DNA from: an uncultured Nitrospiraceae bacterium
GTDB lineage: Bacteria; Nitrospirota; Thermodesulfovibrionia; Thermodesulfovibrionales; UBA6898
Assembly (NCBI GenBank): GCA_963811165.1
Contig: CAWEQH010000009.1
Location: forward strand, 1-64,000
Length of the DNA stretch: 64,000 bases
Direction of reading: 5' to 3'
Shown here: positions 28,121-37,855 of the stretch, one piece after another
How the letters are laid out: each line of letters starts with the position of its first letter
Position numbering within the stretch: the first letter of the stretch is position 1
The notes under the pieces: generated by a model
What the model was told of the DNA's origin: nothing
The model's input: only the letters and a program-made list of their open reading frames with translations
Database searches by the model: none
Program-made: the position numbers and the translations under genes

Positions 28121-29704
28121 TTGGAAAATAGCGCATCTGATTACGAAAACAGTTTCTACCATGAAAAGGGCAAGTATAAAGGTGTCCTCTCATGGCTGAT
28201 GTCGACCGACCATAAGCGGATAGGCATCCAGTATCTGGCGGCGATCCTGACCTTTTTTTCGATAGGCGTGATGCTAGGTCTCCTCATCCGCCTGAGCCTG
28301 ATAGCCCCGGGGAAGGTCCTCGACCAAAACACTTATAACCAGGTCTTTTCCGTTCACGGGATCCTCATGATCTTTCTCTTCATCATTCCGGGCGTCCCTG
28401 TCGCCTTCGGAAACTTCTTCCTGCCTATCATGATAGGCGCACGGGACGTTGCGTTTCCCCGCTTAAACCGGCTCACGTGGTGGCTCTATCTCACCGGCGC
28501 GGTCCTCGTCGCAGCCTCTCTTTTTACCAAGGGCGGGCCGCCGGACACGGGCTGGACGTTTTATGCGCCGTACAGCATAAGGGCCCAGGCCAATATCACG
28601 CTTGCCGTCTTCGGGGTCTTTGTGCTCGGTTTTTCCTCGATACTTACGGGCCTCAATTTCGTGACAACCATCCATCGGCTCCGTGCGCCCGGGATGACAT
28701 GGTTTAAACTGCCGCTTTTTGTATGGACACTGTACGCCACAGGCTGGGTGCAGATGCTTGCAACGCCCGTTCTTGCGATCACCCTTGTCTTCATCATATT
28801 AGGCAGGGTATTCGGCGTTGGGTTCTTCGACCCCTCAAAAGGGGGCGATCCTATCCTCTACGAGCATCTCTTTTGGACCTACTCGCATCCGGCCGTCTAT
28901 ATCATGGTCCTTCCGGCCATGGGCATTATCAGCGAGGTCATCCCCGTATTTGCGAGGAAGACGATATTTGGATATAAGGCGGTCGCCTATTCTGCACTCG
29001 GCATCGCCAGTGTGGGATACTTTGTCTGGGGGCATCATATGTTTACAAGCGGGATGAGCGACACGGCGAGGATCATTTTTTCCTTCATCACCTTCTTGGT
29101 CGCGGTCCCGTCGGGGATAAAGATATTCAACTGGGTCGCCACCTTGTACAAGGGGTCGATCATGCCGCATGCACCGCTCTATTTTGCGCTCTCCTTCATT
29201 TTTCTGTTTTCGATCGGCGGACTCACCGGGCTGATCATCGGCTCGCTCGCGCCTAACCTCCATCTCCACGGCACCTACTTTATCGTCGCCCACTTCCATT
29301 ACGTGATGTTCGGAGGGGCGGGGTTTGCGATCCTGACGGCACTTCATTACTGGTTCCCCAAGATGTTCGGGAAGATGTATAACGAAAAGGCCGCGAAGAT
29401 CGGGTGGTTCATCCTCTTCATCGGGTTCAATGTACTTTATTTCTCGATGTTCATCCTGGGCTATGAAGGCATGCCGAGGCGGTATTTCGACTATCCTCCC
29501 AGATACTTCCCTCTTCATCTTGCATCGACGATAGGCTCGTGGATACTTGCGGCGGGACTCGCGATCGTCCTCGTCAATCTCATAAGGGCGCTCTTTAAGG
29601 GGCCTCAGGCACCTGCCAACCCGTGGGGCGGCAAGAGCCTGGAGTGGACGATCGCATCGCCGCCTCCTGCCGAGAATTTCGGCGAATTGCCTGTGATAAA
29701 GTAA
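28121..29704 (+). CDS. coxA: Cytochrome c oxidase subunit I, type A2
   Basis: DHKRIG, GWTFYAP, WTYSHPAVY, WGHHMF, VAHFHY, GMPRRY. Confidence 0.97.
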   Translation: MENSASDYENSFYHEKGKYKGVLSWLMSTDHKRIGIQYLAAILTFFSIGVMLGLLIRLSLIAPGKVLDQNTYNQVFSVHGILMIFLFIIPGVPVAFGNFFLPIMIGARDVAFPRLNRLTWWLYLTGAVLVAASLFTKGGPPDTGWTFYAPYSIRAQANITLAVFGVFVLGFSSILTGLNFVTTIHRLRAPGMTWFKLPLFVWTLYATGWVQMLATPVLAITLVFIILGRVFGVGFFDPSKGGDPILYEHLFWTYSHPAVYIMVLPAMGIISEVIPVFARKTIFGYKAVAYSALGIASVGYFVWGHHMFTSGMSDTARIIFSFITFLVAVPSGIKIFNWVATLYKGSIMPHAPLYFALSFIFLFSIGGLTGLIIGSLAPNLHLHGTYFIVAHFHYVMFGGAGFAILTALHYWFPKMFGKMYNEKAAKIGWFILFIGFNVLYFSMFILGYEGMPRRYFDYPPRYFPLHLASTIGSWILAAGLAIVLVNLIRALFKGPQAPANPWGGKSLEWTIASPPPAENFGELPVIK

Positions 29705-30310
29705 ATGGAAAAGGGTGAGCAACAGAGAGACCGCACGGGGGCCAAATACGGCATGTGGTTTTTCCTTTTTACCGAAATCCTATTTTTCGGGGGGATGTTC
29801 ATCCTCTACTCCGTTTACCGCGCAAAATATGCACAGGACTTCCATACGGCGGCAGCGGAGGAGAATCTTCTTCTGGGGTCGATCAATACCGCAGTGCTTC
29901 TGACGAGCAGTCTTGCGATCGCAGTTTCGATATCCGCACTCAAAAAGGGCGATTACCGTTTGTCGATGCGGTTGCAGAGCGCTACTGTCCTGATGGGACT
30001 GGCCTTTCTCGTCATTAAATACTTCGAATGGACCGCAAAGATTTCGAAGGGGATATATCCGAATTCGCTGGTGCTTCTGAAGATGAGCGGGGGAGAAATA
30101 CTTTTTTTCGGGCTCTATTATGTGATGACGGGCCTTCATGGACTCCATGTCCTCATCGGTGTTGTGGTTATTTCCTTTATGCTCTATTTCACCAAGACCG
30201 GAGACATCACCCGTGAGAACTTCTCGAAGCTCGAAAACACCGGCCTTTACTGGCATTTTGTGGACATCGTATGGATATATCTCTTCCCGTTGTTTTATTT
30301 GATTACCTAG
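29705..30310 (+). CDS. coxC: Cytochrome c oxidase subunit III
   Basis: GMWFFLFTEILFF, NTAVLLTSS, TGLHGLHV, LYWHFVDIVW. Confidence 0.95.
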   Translation: MEKGEQQRDRTGAKYGMWFFLFTEILFFGGMFILYSVYRAKYAQDFHTAAAEENLLLGSINTAVLLTSSLAIAVSISALKKGDYRLSMRLQSATVLMGLAFLVIKYFEWTAKISKGIYPNSLVLLKMSGGEILFFGLYYVMTGLHGLHVLIGVVVISFMLYFTKTGDITRENFSKLENTGLYWHFVDIVWIYLFPLFYLIT

Positions 30311-30313
30311 GAG

Positions 30314-30616
30314 ATGAAGATGGCGCAGGGTGAGACGGAAAAAAGCGTTCACATAGTGGCGTATAAGACATACGTCTATGTCTGGATCGCGCTGCTCCTT
30401 CTCCTTGCGGCGACGATCGCGGTAGCGAAGGTCGAGTTCTCGAAATACAGCGTGTTTGTGAACCTGCTCATCGCCTCGATAAAGGCGGGGCTTGTCCTTT
30501 TCTTCTTTATGCACCTCAAATATGAGAAATGGCTTCTCAAGGCGATGCTTTTTATGGTGATCAGCACGCTGACGGCCGTAATAGCGCTCTTCTTTGCGGA
30601 CGTACTGTACAGGTGA
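30314..30616 (+). CDS. coxD: Cytochrome c oxidase subunit IV
   Basis: Three TM helices, IASIKAGLV.FFFMHLKYE. Confidence 0.9.
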   Translation: MKMAQGETEKSVHIVAYKTYVYVWIALLLLLAATIAVAKVEFSKYSVFVNLLIASIKAGLVLFFFMHLKYEKWLLKAMLFMVISTLTAVIALFFADVLYR

Positions 30617-30626
30617 GGAAAAATAT

Positions 30627-31529
30627 ATGGTGTTAGGACCATCAAATATAGCGGGAAAGATCGAGACCTCATTCCTGATCATCGTCAGCGCCTGCGTCGT
30701 GCTCCTCGTGGCGGTCACGGTGACGATGCTCGTCTTTCTCTATAAATATAACAGGAAAAGGCACCCAGTCCCGAAGGATATAAAGGAGAATATTCCGCTA
30801 GAGGTGGTATGGACGGTCATCCCCACGGTTCTTGTGATCTTTATGTTCTATTTCGGATGGGTGGACTTCGACTATATCCGCAACCCGCCCAAGGACTCGA
30901 TGAACATCGATGTAATGGCGCGGCAGTGGTCATGGACCTTCAGGTACGAAAACGGCAGACAAAGCGACACGCTGAGAGTACCGGTCGGCAGACCCGTTAA
31001 ACTCACCATGACGTCGGAGGATGTGATACATTGCCTTTTCATCCCCGCCTACCGCGTAAAGGAGGACTGCGTGCCCGGGCTAAAGACTCACCTTTGGTTT
31101 ACGGCGAACGAGGCCGGGACATATGACATCTTCTGCACGGAGTACTGCGGGCTCGAACACTCGCATATGCTTTCCAAACTGATCACGATGCCGGCCGCCG
31201 ACTTTACTGCGTGGTATCAGGCCGCTCCAGAGAAGAAGGGCAAGGAAACGGGACCTGAACTCCTTCAGACCAAAGGATGCCTCGGATGCCACACTACAGA
31301 CGGGACACCGAAGGTCGGACCGACCTTTAAAGGCCTTTACGGAAGCAAGGTGACGGTGCTGACCGGCGGCAAGGAGCGGGTGATTACCGCAGACGAGGAG
31401 TATCTGAAGAGGTCGGTGCTCGAACCCGGCGCCGATATCGTAAAGGGATACCAAAACATTATGCCTAAGCTGCCCGTGACAGGGGAAGATATTGATGAGA
31501 TAGTGGATTATCTGGAGACGCTCAGATGA
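30627..31529 (+). CDS. coxB: Cytochrome c oxidase subunit II with a fused cytochrome c domain
   Basis: LEVVWTVIP, DVIH, CuA motif CTEYCGLEHSHM, heme motif CLGCH. Confidence 0.95.
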   Translation: MVLGPSNIAGKIETSFLIIVSACVVLLVAVTVTMLVFLYKYNRKRHPVPKDIKENIPLEVVWTVIPTVLVIFMFYFGWVDFDYIRNPPKDSMNIDVMARQWSWTFRYENGRQSDTLRVPVGRPVKLTMTSEDVIHCLFIPAYRVKEDCVPGLKTHLWFTANEAGTYDIFCTEYCGLEHSHMLSKLITMPAADFTAWYQAAPEKKGKETGPELLQTKGCLGCHTTDGTPKVGPTFKGLYGSKVTVLTGGKERVITADEEYLKRSVLEPGADIVKGYQNIMPKLPVTGEDIDEIVDYLETLR

Positions 31530-32410
31530 AGGGGCCTTTTTCCGCCGCAAAGGAATATTTGGAACTCTGCAAGCCTAGAATCTCTCTTTTTTCAGCCCTT
31601 TCCGCTGCGATGGGCCTTCTGCTTTCAGCTCATAGGATCGGCTCAGGCACGCTTGGCCTCACCTGTGGCGTCTTTTTCCTTGCATGCGGCGCCTGCGCAC
31701 TAAACCAGTACCAAGACAGGGGCATCGATGCCGTTATGCTCCGGACGGCAGGCAGGCCTCTGCCTTCAGGGAGGATCAAGCCGTCGGCGGCGCTGAGTTT
31801 CGCGCTTGCGCTGATATGTTCAGGTTCCCTTCTGCTTCTCATCGAGGGCAGGACGGCCGCTGTTTTATTGGGTCTATTTGCGGTCTTTTGGTATAACGGA
31901 GTTTATACTTTTTTGAAAAGAAGGACCGCCTTTGCGGTAGTCCCCGGCTCTTTGGTAGGCGCGGTTGCGCCTGCTATTGGATGGGTCTCGGGAGGAGGGA
32001 CGCTTTCCGACCACAGGCTGATTGCGGTCTGCTTTTTCTTTTTCATGTGGCAGGCACCGCATTTCTGGCTTCTCCTGATGGAGCGCGGGGAGGAATATAA
32101 GAGGGCGGGTCTTCCGTCGGCGACGGAGTTGTTCAGCAAGTCCCAGTTGCGCAGAATAATATTTATCTGGATAAGCGCTGCAGCGGTAAGCGCCCTTTTC
32201 ATCCCGATGGGGGGAGTCGTTGAAAATCACGGCATAGGCCTTTTCCTTCCAGGCGCTTCATTGTGGCTCGTCTATAACGGCGTCCGGGTACTAAGGGGAG
32301 GGGAAAGCGATGCCGGCTGCATCCTCGCCTTCAGAAAAATAAATGTCTTTGTCCTTGTTGTAATGCTCCTTTTGTCCCTGGATACGCTTGTCCGGGGCTT
32401 TCTCCTCTAA
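31526..32410 (+). CDS. ctaB: Protoheme IX farnesyltransferase (heme o synthase)
   Basis: LCKPRI, NQYQDRGIDAVM.RT..RPLPSG, YT.LKRRT, WQAPHF. Confidence 0.92.
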   Translation: MKGPFSAAKEYLELCKPRISLFSALSAAMGLLLSAHRIGSGTLGLTCGVFFLACGACALNQYQDRGIDAVMLRTAGRPLPSGRIKPSAALSFALALICSGSLLLLIEGRTAAVLLGLFAVFWYNGVYTFLKRRTAFAVVPGSLVGAVAPAIGWVSGGGTLSDHRLIAVCFFFFMWQAPHFWLLLMERGEEYKRAGLPSATELFSKSQLRRIIFIWISAAAVSALFIPMGGVVENHGIGLFLPGASLWLVYNGVRVLRGGESDAGCILAFRKINVFVLVVMLLLSLDTLVRGFLL

Positions 32411-32472
32411 GGCTCTGGGACCGTTAACGGCAACGGAAAGATATAAATGAGAGTAAGGCGGAATAAAAGCAG

Positions 32473-34218
32473 CTATTGCCTTGGCAGGGTAATACTGAAA
32501 GTGCTTCCCTTTCCCGGGGAACTTTTTGCCCAGATTTGGCCCCCGTGTGCCTCAACGATTGTCCTGGCAATGGACAAACCGAGGCCTGATCCCATTGCCT
32601 CGCGGGTCGCCCTGTAGAACGCATCGAAGATATGAGGGAGCTGATCATTGGCTATGCCTATGCCGGTGTCCCTGACCTCTACTAAAACGTCTTTGTCCAT
32701 ATTCATGACCCTTACGTCTATCGTTCCTTCGATAGTATACTTGACGGCATTATCAAGAAGGTTTGCGATGACCCTGTGTATCATCGCCCCGTCCGCCTGT
32801 ATAACGGGGAAGGGCCTCTCCGAAAAATTATATGTTATTTTGATCTGTTTCTGGTCGGCTTCCCCCTTTGCGCTTTCTATTTGTTTGAGCAGCGCGGCCC
32901 CCAGGTCGAATGGACCGAACTGCGGCATATATTCTTCCGTTTCAAACCGCGAAAACTCGATGAAGGTGGTGAGTAAATGCTCAGCCGTCGTTAACCTGTC
33001 CCTCACTAATTCAAGGTCGGCCTTCGCGTCCTTGGCCTTGCCCGATAGGGTCCTCGTCAGGAAACCTACGGAAGGGATGATGGCATTTTTTATGTCGTGG
33101 GCGAACATCGAGAGGATGTTCTTGCGCTCCCTGCCGAGTTTCCCGATCTCCGTCAATCTGTTTTCCAGTGCCGTGATCAACTTTTGACGTTCGACAGAAT
33201 AACGGATCGACTTCAGCAGGGACTCGCTTTCGACGCGCCCTTTGACAAGATAGTCCTGCGCCCCGCTGCGCACCGCCTTTACCGCGAGTTCTTCATCGTG
33301 AAGCCCTGTCAGTACAATTATGGGCATGTCGGGATAGATCGTATGGATCCTGATAAATGTCTCCAGGCCCTGACTGTCGGGCAGTCCGAGGTCGGAGAGT
33401 ACTACGTCGAACTTGTCCTTTGCCAGATGCTCGACACCGGAAGACAACCGGCCGGCATAGGTAACATTCACGCGGCTATCGGTCTCCGATAACAGCGCGC
33501 GGATGTAATCGGCGTCGCCCGGGTCGTCCTCCAGCAATAAGACTTTTATAGAGCCATAATCCGTCGGCGCGCCCTCAGTAATTATTCCCGCGTCCTTCTT
33601 CAAGCTGTCATCTTTAAGTATCTTTTCATGGAGTTCGGGGTTGACTTTCTTCATGCACCGAGGACAGATGCCGTGGGTAAAAGAGGCGTCGGTATGTTCC
33701 TCGATATATTTTTCGACCCTTAGCCAGTACCCTTTGTCGTCACGGATATTCCTGCACCATGCGCACATGGGGATTAAACCCCTCAGCGTCTTGATTTCCT
33801 TGAGGTTTTTTTCAAGTTGAGCGATCATTTTTTGCCGTTCTATCGCGTACCGCATGGAACGGATGAGCAGGTCGCCCTCGACCCTCCCTTTGACGAGATA
33901 GTCCTGTGCGCCTCCCTGCACCGCTTTTATCGCCAGGTCTTCGTCGCTCATCCCCGTAAGCACGATTATGGGGGTATCGGAATAGCGGGTATGGAGCCTC
34001 AGAAATGTCTCTATGCCGTTACTGTCGGGCAGTCCCAGGTCGGACACGACGATATCAAACCGCTCCGACGAGAGATTGTCAAATGCAGAAGACAATCTGT
34101 CCGAATGCCGGATGTCGACGGAAATACCTTTCGTGTCCCTCAATATCTCGCGGAACAGATAGGCATGGTCCGGATCGTCCTCTATCAATAATACCTTTAT
34201 ATGTTCTTTTTTTTTCAT
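32473..34218 (-). CDS. Hybrid kinase: REC - Cys-rich linker - REC - HisKA/HATPase
   Basis: Two REC domains (LLIEDD..DLGLPDS..GAQDYLVKG), CAWC...THGICPRC, FAHDIKN, NLLDNAVKY, GSGLGL. Confidence 0.9.
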   Translation of the reverse strand: MKKKEHIKVLLIEDDPDHAYLFREILRDTKGISVDIRHSDRLSSAFDNLSSERFDIVVSDLGLPDSNGIETFLRLHTRYSDTPIIVLTGMSDEDLAIKAVQGGAQDYLVKGRVEGDLLIRSMRYAIERQKMIAQLEKNLKEIKTLRGLIPMCAWCRNIRDDKGYWLRVEKYIEEHTDASFTHGICPRCMKKVNPELHEKILKDDSLKKDAGIITEGAPTDYGSIKVLLLEDDPGDADYIRALLSETDSRVNVTYAGRLSSGVEHLAKDKFDVVLSDLGLPDSQGLETFIRIHTIYPDMPIIVLTGLHDEELAVKAVRSGAQDYLVKGRVESESLLKSIRYSVERQKLITALENRLTEIGKLGRERKNILSMFAHDIKNAIIPSVGFLTRTLSGKAKDAKADLELVRDRLTTAEHLLTTFIEFSRFETEEYMPQFGPFDLGAALLKQIESAKGEADQKQIKITYNFSERPFPVIQADGAMIHRVIANLLDNAVKYTIEGTIDVRVMNMDKDVLVEVRDTGIGIANDQLPHIFDAFYRATREAMGSGLGLSIARTIVEAHGGQIWAKSSPGKGSTFSITLPRQ

Positions 34219-34240
34219 CTGCCGCTATCTCCTTCTTGTC

Positions 34241-34284
34241 AAAAAAAGTCCCCATCCCATTGTTTCACATGTCGGGGACTTTTA
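34241..34284. terminator. Hairpin/terminator between the two kinase genes
   Basis: aaaagtcccc...ggggactttt. Confidence 0.5.
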
Positions 34285-34307
34285 CAACGGCATCTCCTGA
34301 TCTCTAT

Positions 34308-36059
34308 TCACTCAACGGTCTGTCTTTCGGGAATGGTGAAATAAAAAGTGGAACCTTTTCCCGTCTCCGATTCCGCCCAGATACGTCCGCCGTGTCTTTC
34401 AACGATCTTTTTACAGACGGCGAGTCCGATGCCGGTCCCGGGATATTCCTCCTGCGTATGGAGTCTCTGGAACATGACAAAAATGCGGTCAAAAAACTCC
34501 TCCGCTACCCCTATCCCGTTATCGCTTACCGAAAACAGCCATCCATCGTCTCCGCGTTTGGCAGAGATATGGATGCGCGGTTGTATGTTACGGCAGAACT
34601 TGACGGCGTTTTCGATAAGGTTCTGAAAGACCTGGCCCAATTGCGCTTCGTCCGCCATTACTGTGGGCAATGCATCATAGGTCACGACGGCGCCGCAGCT
34701 TTTTATGGGTTTATCCAAATCCGCAAGGACGCGGTCAAGGACCTTATTGCAATCGGTCCTGAGAAACGGTTTTCCCCTCGTTCCCAGACGGGAATATGCG
34801 AGCAGGTCATTAATCAGTGCCTGCATCCTTTTCGCCCCATCCACGACATAGTGCAGGTATTTCTTTGCTTCCTGGTCCAAGCCGTCTTTGTAACGCTCTT
34901 CCAGAAGCTGGATAAAGCTCGTAATCCTGCGCAGGGGCGCCTGCAGGTCATGGGAGGCGACGTAGGCAAACTGTTCCAGTTCCTTATTTGATCGCTCGAG
35001 CTCAGCCATCGTATCGGCAAGTTTTCGTCCCGTGCGAAGATGTTCGTTGAGTTCGGTCCCGAGCTTCTCCTTCATCTCTCTTTCATAGATCTCCTTTTCC
35101 CGAAGCTCGAGGGAGAGTCTGTGGCTCGAAAAAAGGAGCCCCGCACCTTTATAAGCGGCAAGCCCTCCGAGGACGAGAAACGCGGCGGCCAAAATAACAA
35201 GACCCAGTGCGATCTCCCTGGCGCGCTGAAACACCTCCTTAGCCGGTCTTTGCATCACCAGTCCCCAACCCCATTTCATGGGTCGAAATGTTGAGATGAT
35301 CGGCTCATTATGCACCGGGTCCAAGCCCTCTTGGGTCCCTGTAAGGCCCCTCTTTACTTTATCGACCGCCGGTATCTTTGAAAAATCAACTATCCTGTCG
35401 AGACGGTAGTCGGGATGATAAATAAGGTTGCCGTGCCTGTCGACGGCGTATATAAAACTCCTTCCTACATGCATCGGACTCAACACGTTTTTCAAATAGT
35501 CCTCCTTAGGCTGGAGCACGAGCACCCCCGCGACTTTCCCCGATTGATCCTTGATCGGTACGGCGATCACAAAGAGATATCGCCTGGGAAAAGCTTCCCT
35601 CAGGAAAAAATCAGACACGTAGGGTACCAATTTTTTCGAGACCCCCCGATACCAGCCCCGGGAGGAGAAGTCTATGCCTATCGCATCCGGGTTCTCCGGG
35701 TATTGGGCAAACATGGCCCCTTTCGGGAGTGTGACGGCGGCCCTTTCGATAGTCGTAAGGTTTTCGAGAAGGCCCCTAAGATGTACACCAACAGAATTCC
35801 GGTCGCCTTTTTCCAAGGCCTTTATAAGCTCCGGTCTCGCGGCAAAGATCGTACCACTCGATATGTCATCATCAATTTTCTCTTCGACGTGATACACTGC
35901 GAGATTGAAAAAAGCCTGGTTCTCTTCAACCGCGATCTGTTTAAATTGCGAGATGACCTGCAGATAGACGTAAATGGTGAGGCAGACAAGAGGGAATGCA
36001 ACCGTGAGAAAGCCTGCAAGAAGTATCCGCCATCTCTTTTCGAGAAGCCATTGTTTCAA
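34308..36059 (-). CDS. dCache membrane sensor histidine kinase
   Basis: Two TM helices, Cache domain (DFSSRGWY, PYVSD), ELEQFAYVASHDLQAPLR, FQRLH..EEYPGTGIGL. Confidence 0.92.
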   Translation of the reverse strand: MKQWLLEKRWRILLAGFLTVAFPLVCLTIYVYLQVISQFKQIAVEENQAFFNLAVYHVEEKIDDDISSGTIFAARPELIKALEKGDRNSVGVHLRGLLENLTTIERAAVTLPKGAMFAQYPENPDAIGIDFSSRGWYRGVSKKLVPYVSDFFLREAFPRRYLFVIAVPIKDQSGKVAGVLVLQPKEDYLKNVLSPMHVGRSFIYAVDRHGNLIYHPDYRLDRIVDFSKIPAVDKVKRGLTGTQEGLDPVHNEPIISTFRPMKWGWGLVMQRPAKEVFQRAREIALGLVILAAAFLVLGGLAAYKGAGLLFSSHRLSLELREKEIYEREMKEKLGTELNEHLRTGRKLADTMAELERSNKELEQFAYVASHDLQAPLRRITSFIQLLEERYKDGLDQEAKKYLHYVVDGAKRMQALINDLLAYSRLGTRGKPFLRTDCNKVLDRVLADLDKPIKSCGAVVTYDALPTVMADEAQLGQVFQNLIENAVKFCRNIQPRIHISAKRGDDGWLFSVSDNGIGVAEEFFDRIFVMFQRLHTQEEYPGTGIGLAVCKKIVERHGGRIWAESETGKGSTFYFTIPERQTVE

Positions 36060-36143
36060 CTTATTTCCCCTGTCTCATTATAGTACGATATTATCGCTAT
36101 TACGGTAAAATACATTTGGAACTGTCGATAATTGAAACGAGTG

Positions 36144-36440
36144 ATGAAAGAAGCCGGCGGACAAAATGACGATATGCCGGTCGAGCTCCCCATAGAGGGG
36201 GTGCTGGACCTGCATACCTTTAATCCCCGCGAAGTAAGGGAGCTGCTTCCCGATTACATCGCCGCCTGCAAGGAGAAGGGCATATTCGAGATGCGCATAA
36301 TCCACGGCAAGGGGACAGGGGCCCTGAGGGAGACAGTCCATTCTATACTCCGCAGACTGCCGGGGATTGTTTCGTTCAGGCAGGCCGGGGAAGACGCGGG
36401 GGGATGGGGCGCGACACTGGTCGTGCTCGAACGGGATTAA
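36144..36440 (+). CDS. Stand-alone Smr-domain protein
   Basis: LDLHTF, IIHGKGTG.LR, GGWGAT.V.L. Confidence 0.9.
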   Translation: MKEAGGQNDDMPVELPIEGVLDLHTFNPREVRELLPDYIAACKEKGIFEMRIIHGKGTGALRETVHSILRRLPGIVSFRQAGEDAGGWGATLVVLERD

Positions 36441-36510
36441 ACAGTTGGAAAGGGCACACTCGCTTCCTGATTTCGGCATTTACGATTAGGACAAGGCAGG
36501 CATAGTATTG

Positions 36511-36550
36511 TCGCTCATTCTCGGCCCCGATAAATCGGTGCCTCCGAGGC
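36511..36550. repeat. Partial copy of repeat family C
   Basis: tcgctcattctcgg...cctccgaggc. Confidence 0.6.
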
Positions 36551-36689
36551 TTTTTCCTCTTTATATCAGAAAACTTTTGTGAGGAATATCGGCAAAAGAA
36601 ACCGCTCCGATACCATACCTGCCTTGTCCCCCATTGGTCAGATCTAAACCAAGCTGTTGGAAAGGCCCAATTGCACCATCAACTATGCA

Positions 36690-36805
36690 TGAGGACAGCA
36701 TGCGAGCGGCTTCAGCGGCGCGTATTGCATCACCTTTCAGGTGATGCGCGACGGTGCCTCGGAGGTCGCTGCAGCGATCGAGAATGAGCGCGCGTGCTGT
36801 CCCCA
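36690..36805. repeat. Repeat family C (~120 bp, terminal IRs, MITE-like)
   Basis: gaggacagca...tgctgtccc ends; interior is the reverse complement of 42435-42555. Confidence 0.8.
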
Positions 36806-36862
36806 TGCATCAGTTCCTTATGCTGATTAAATAAGTCCGCCCCATGATTTAGGAGGTTAAGG

Positions 36863-37687
36863 CTATCGAGGCAGCGAAAACTCGACTTCCTGATTGCTGA
36901 CAGGACACGTGAATTTGAGCGATACGGCGGTCAGCTTCAGCCCTTCCGTATTCTTGTTCCCCTTTCCGTATTTCGGGTCCCCCATTACCGGATGTCCTAT
37001 CATTTCAAAATGCCTCCGGATCTGGTGCAGCCGCCCGGTCCGGATAATGATATCGACGACCGATGTATCTCTCACAGGGTCGTATGACAGGACCTGATAT
37101 TCCGTCAGTGCAGACTTGCCGTCGAGAGGAACCGCTATAGTGCCTCTCAGGTGATTTTTTCCAAAATCGCCGAGGACTTCGGCACGATATCTTTTTGTGA
37201 TCAGATTTCCTTGGAATATCTCGGAAAGTCTTGCAGCGGCCCGCCTGTTATGGGCTATAAGCATAATGCCGGACGCCTCCCGGTCGAGGCGATGGACGAG
37301 AAATACCTCTCTTTTCGGTTTGAAGAAGAGCTCCGCATGTCTCATAAGGGAACAATGATCGCCATACAGGGTACCCTGCGCCGTCATCCCCGGAGGCTTA
37401 TCCCATACACTATAATCTCCCCGGTCGCTTAGGCAGTCGGCAGAAGGAGATTTCAACGAAAGTATTTTTTCATCATAATGCAGTTCAATATGGTCTCCTT
37501 TTTTGAGGCCTGTGGTCGCCCTCCTCAGCCTGTTCATTCCGCCTTTCTTCCTTTTCAGCCAGACGGCACCCTTATTCATCGCATCCTTCACTTTACTTTT
37601 GGAGAGGCCGGATTTCGAAACAAGTAAGTCGGAGGCCGTTGCGTGCATATCCGAATCGAGGTCTATCTTTAGGTCTATTGTATTCAC
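36863..37687 (-). CDS. RluA-family pseudouridine synthase
   Basis: KPPGM, VHRLDREASG, TGRLHQIRRH...GHPVMGDPKYG. Confidence 0.93.
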   Translation of the reverse strand: MNTIDLKIDLDSDMHATASDLLVSKSGLSKSKVKDAMNKGAVWLKRKKGGMNRLRRATTGLKKGDHIELHYDEKILSLKSPSADCLSDRGDYSVWDKPPGMTAQGTLYGDHCSLMRHAELFFKPKREVFLVHRLDREASGIMLIAHNRRAAARLSEIFQGNLITKRYRAEVLGDFGKNHLRGTIAVPLDGKSALTEYQVLSYDPVRDTSVVDIIIRTGRLHQIRRHFEMIGHPVMGDPKYGKGNKNTEGLKLTAVSLKFTCPVSNQEVEFSLPR

Positions 37688-37855
37688 CGTTTAGTTTACC
37701 ATCATTAGGGGTTTTACCGGCCATTGAAGTCAAATCCGATTTGTGTTAGCATCTTTTATGTCCGGTCGATATCGTAATTAGCCGGACCGAAATACCGGAC
37801 TTGGATCAGAGGGAGAATCAGGGCCTGGACATTTCAAAGGAGGAGGAGATAATCT

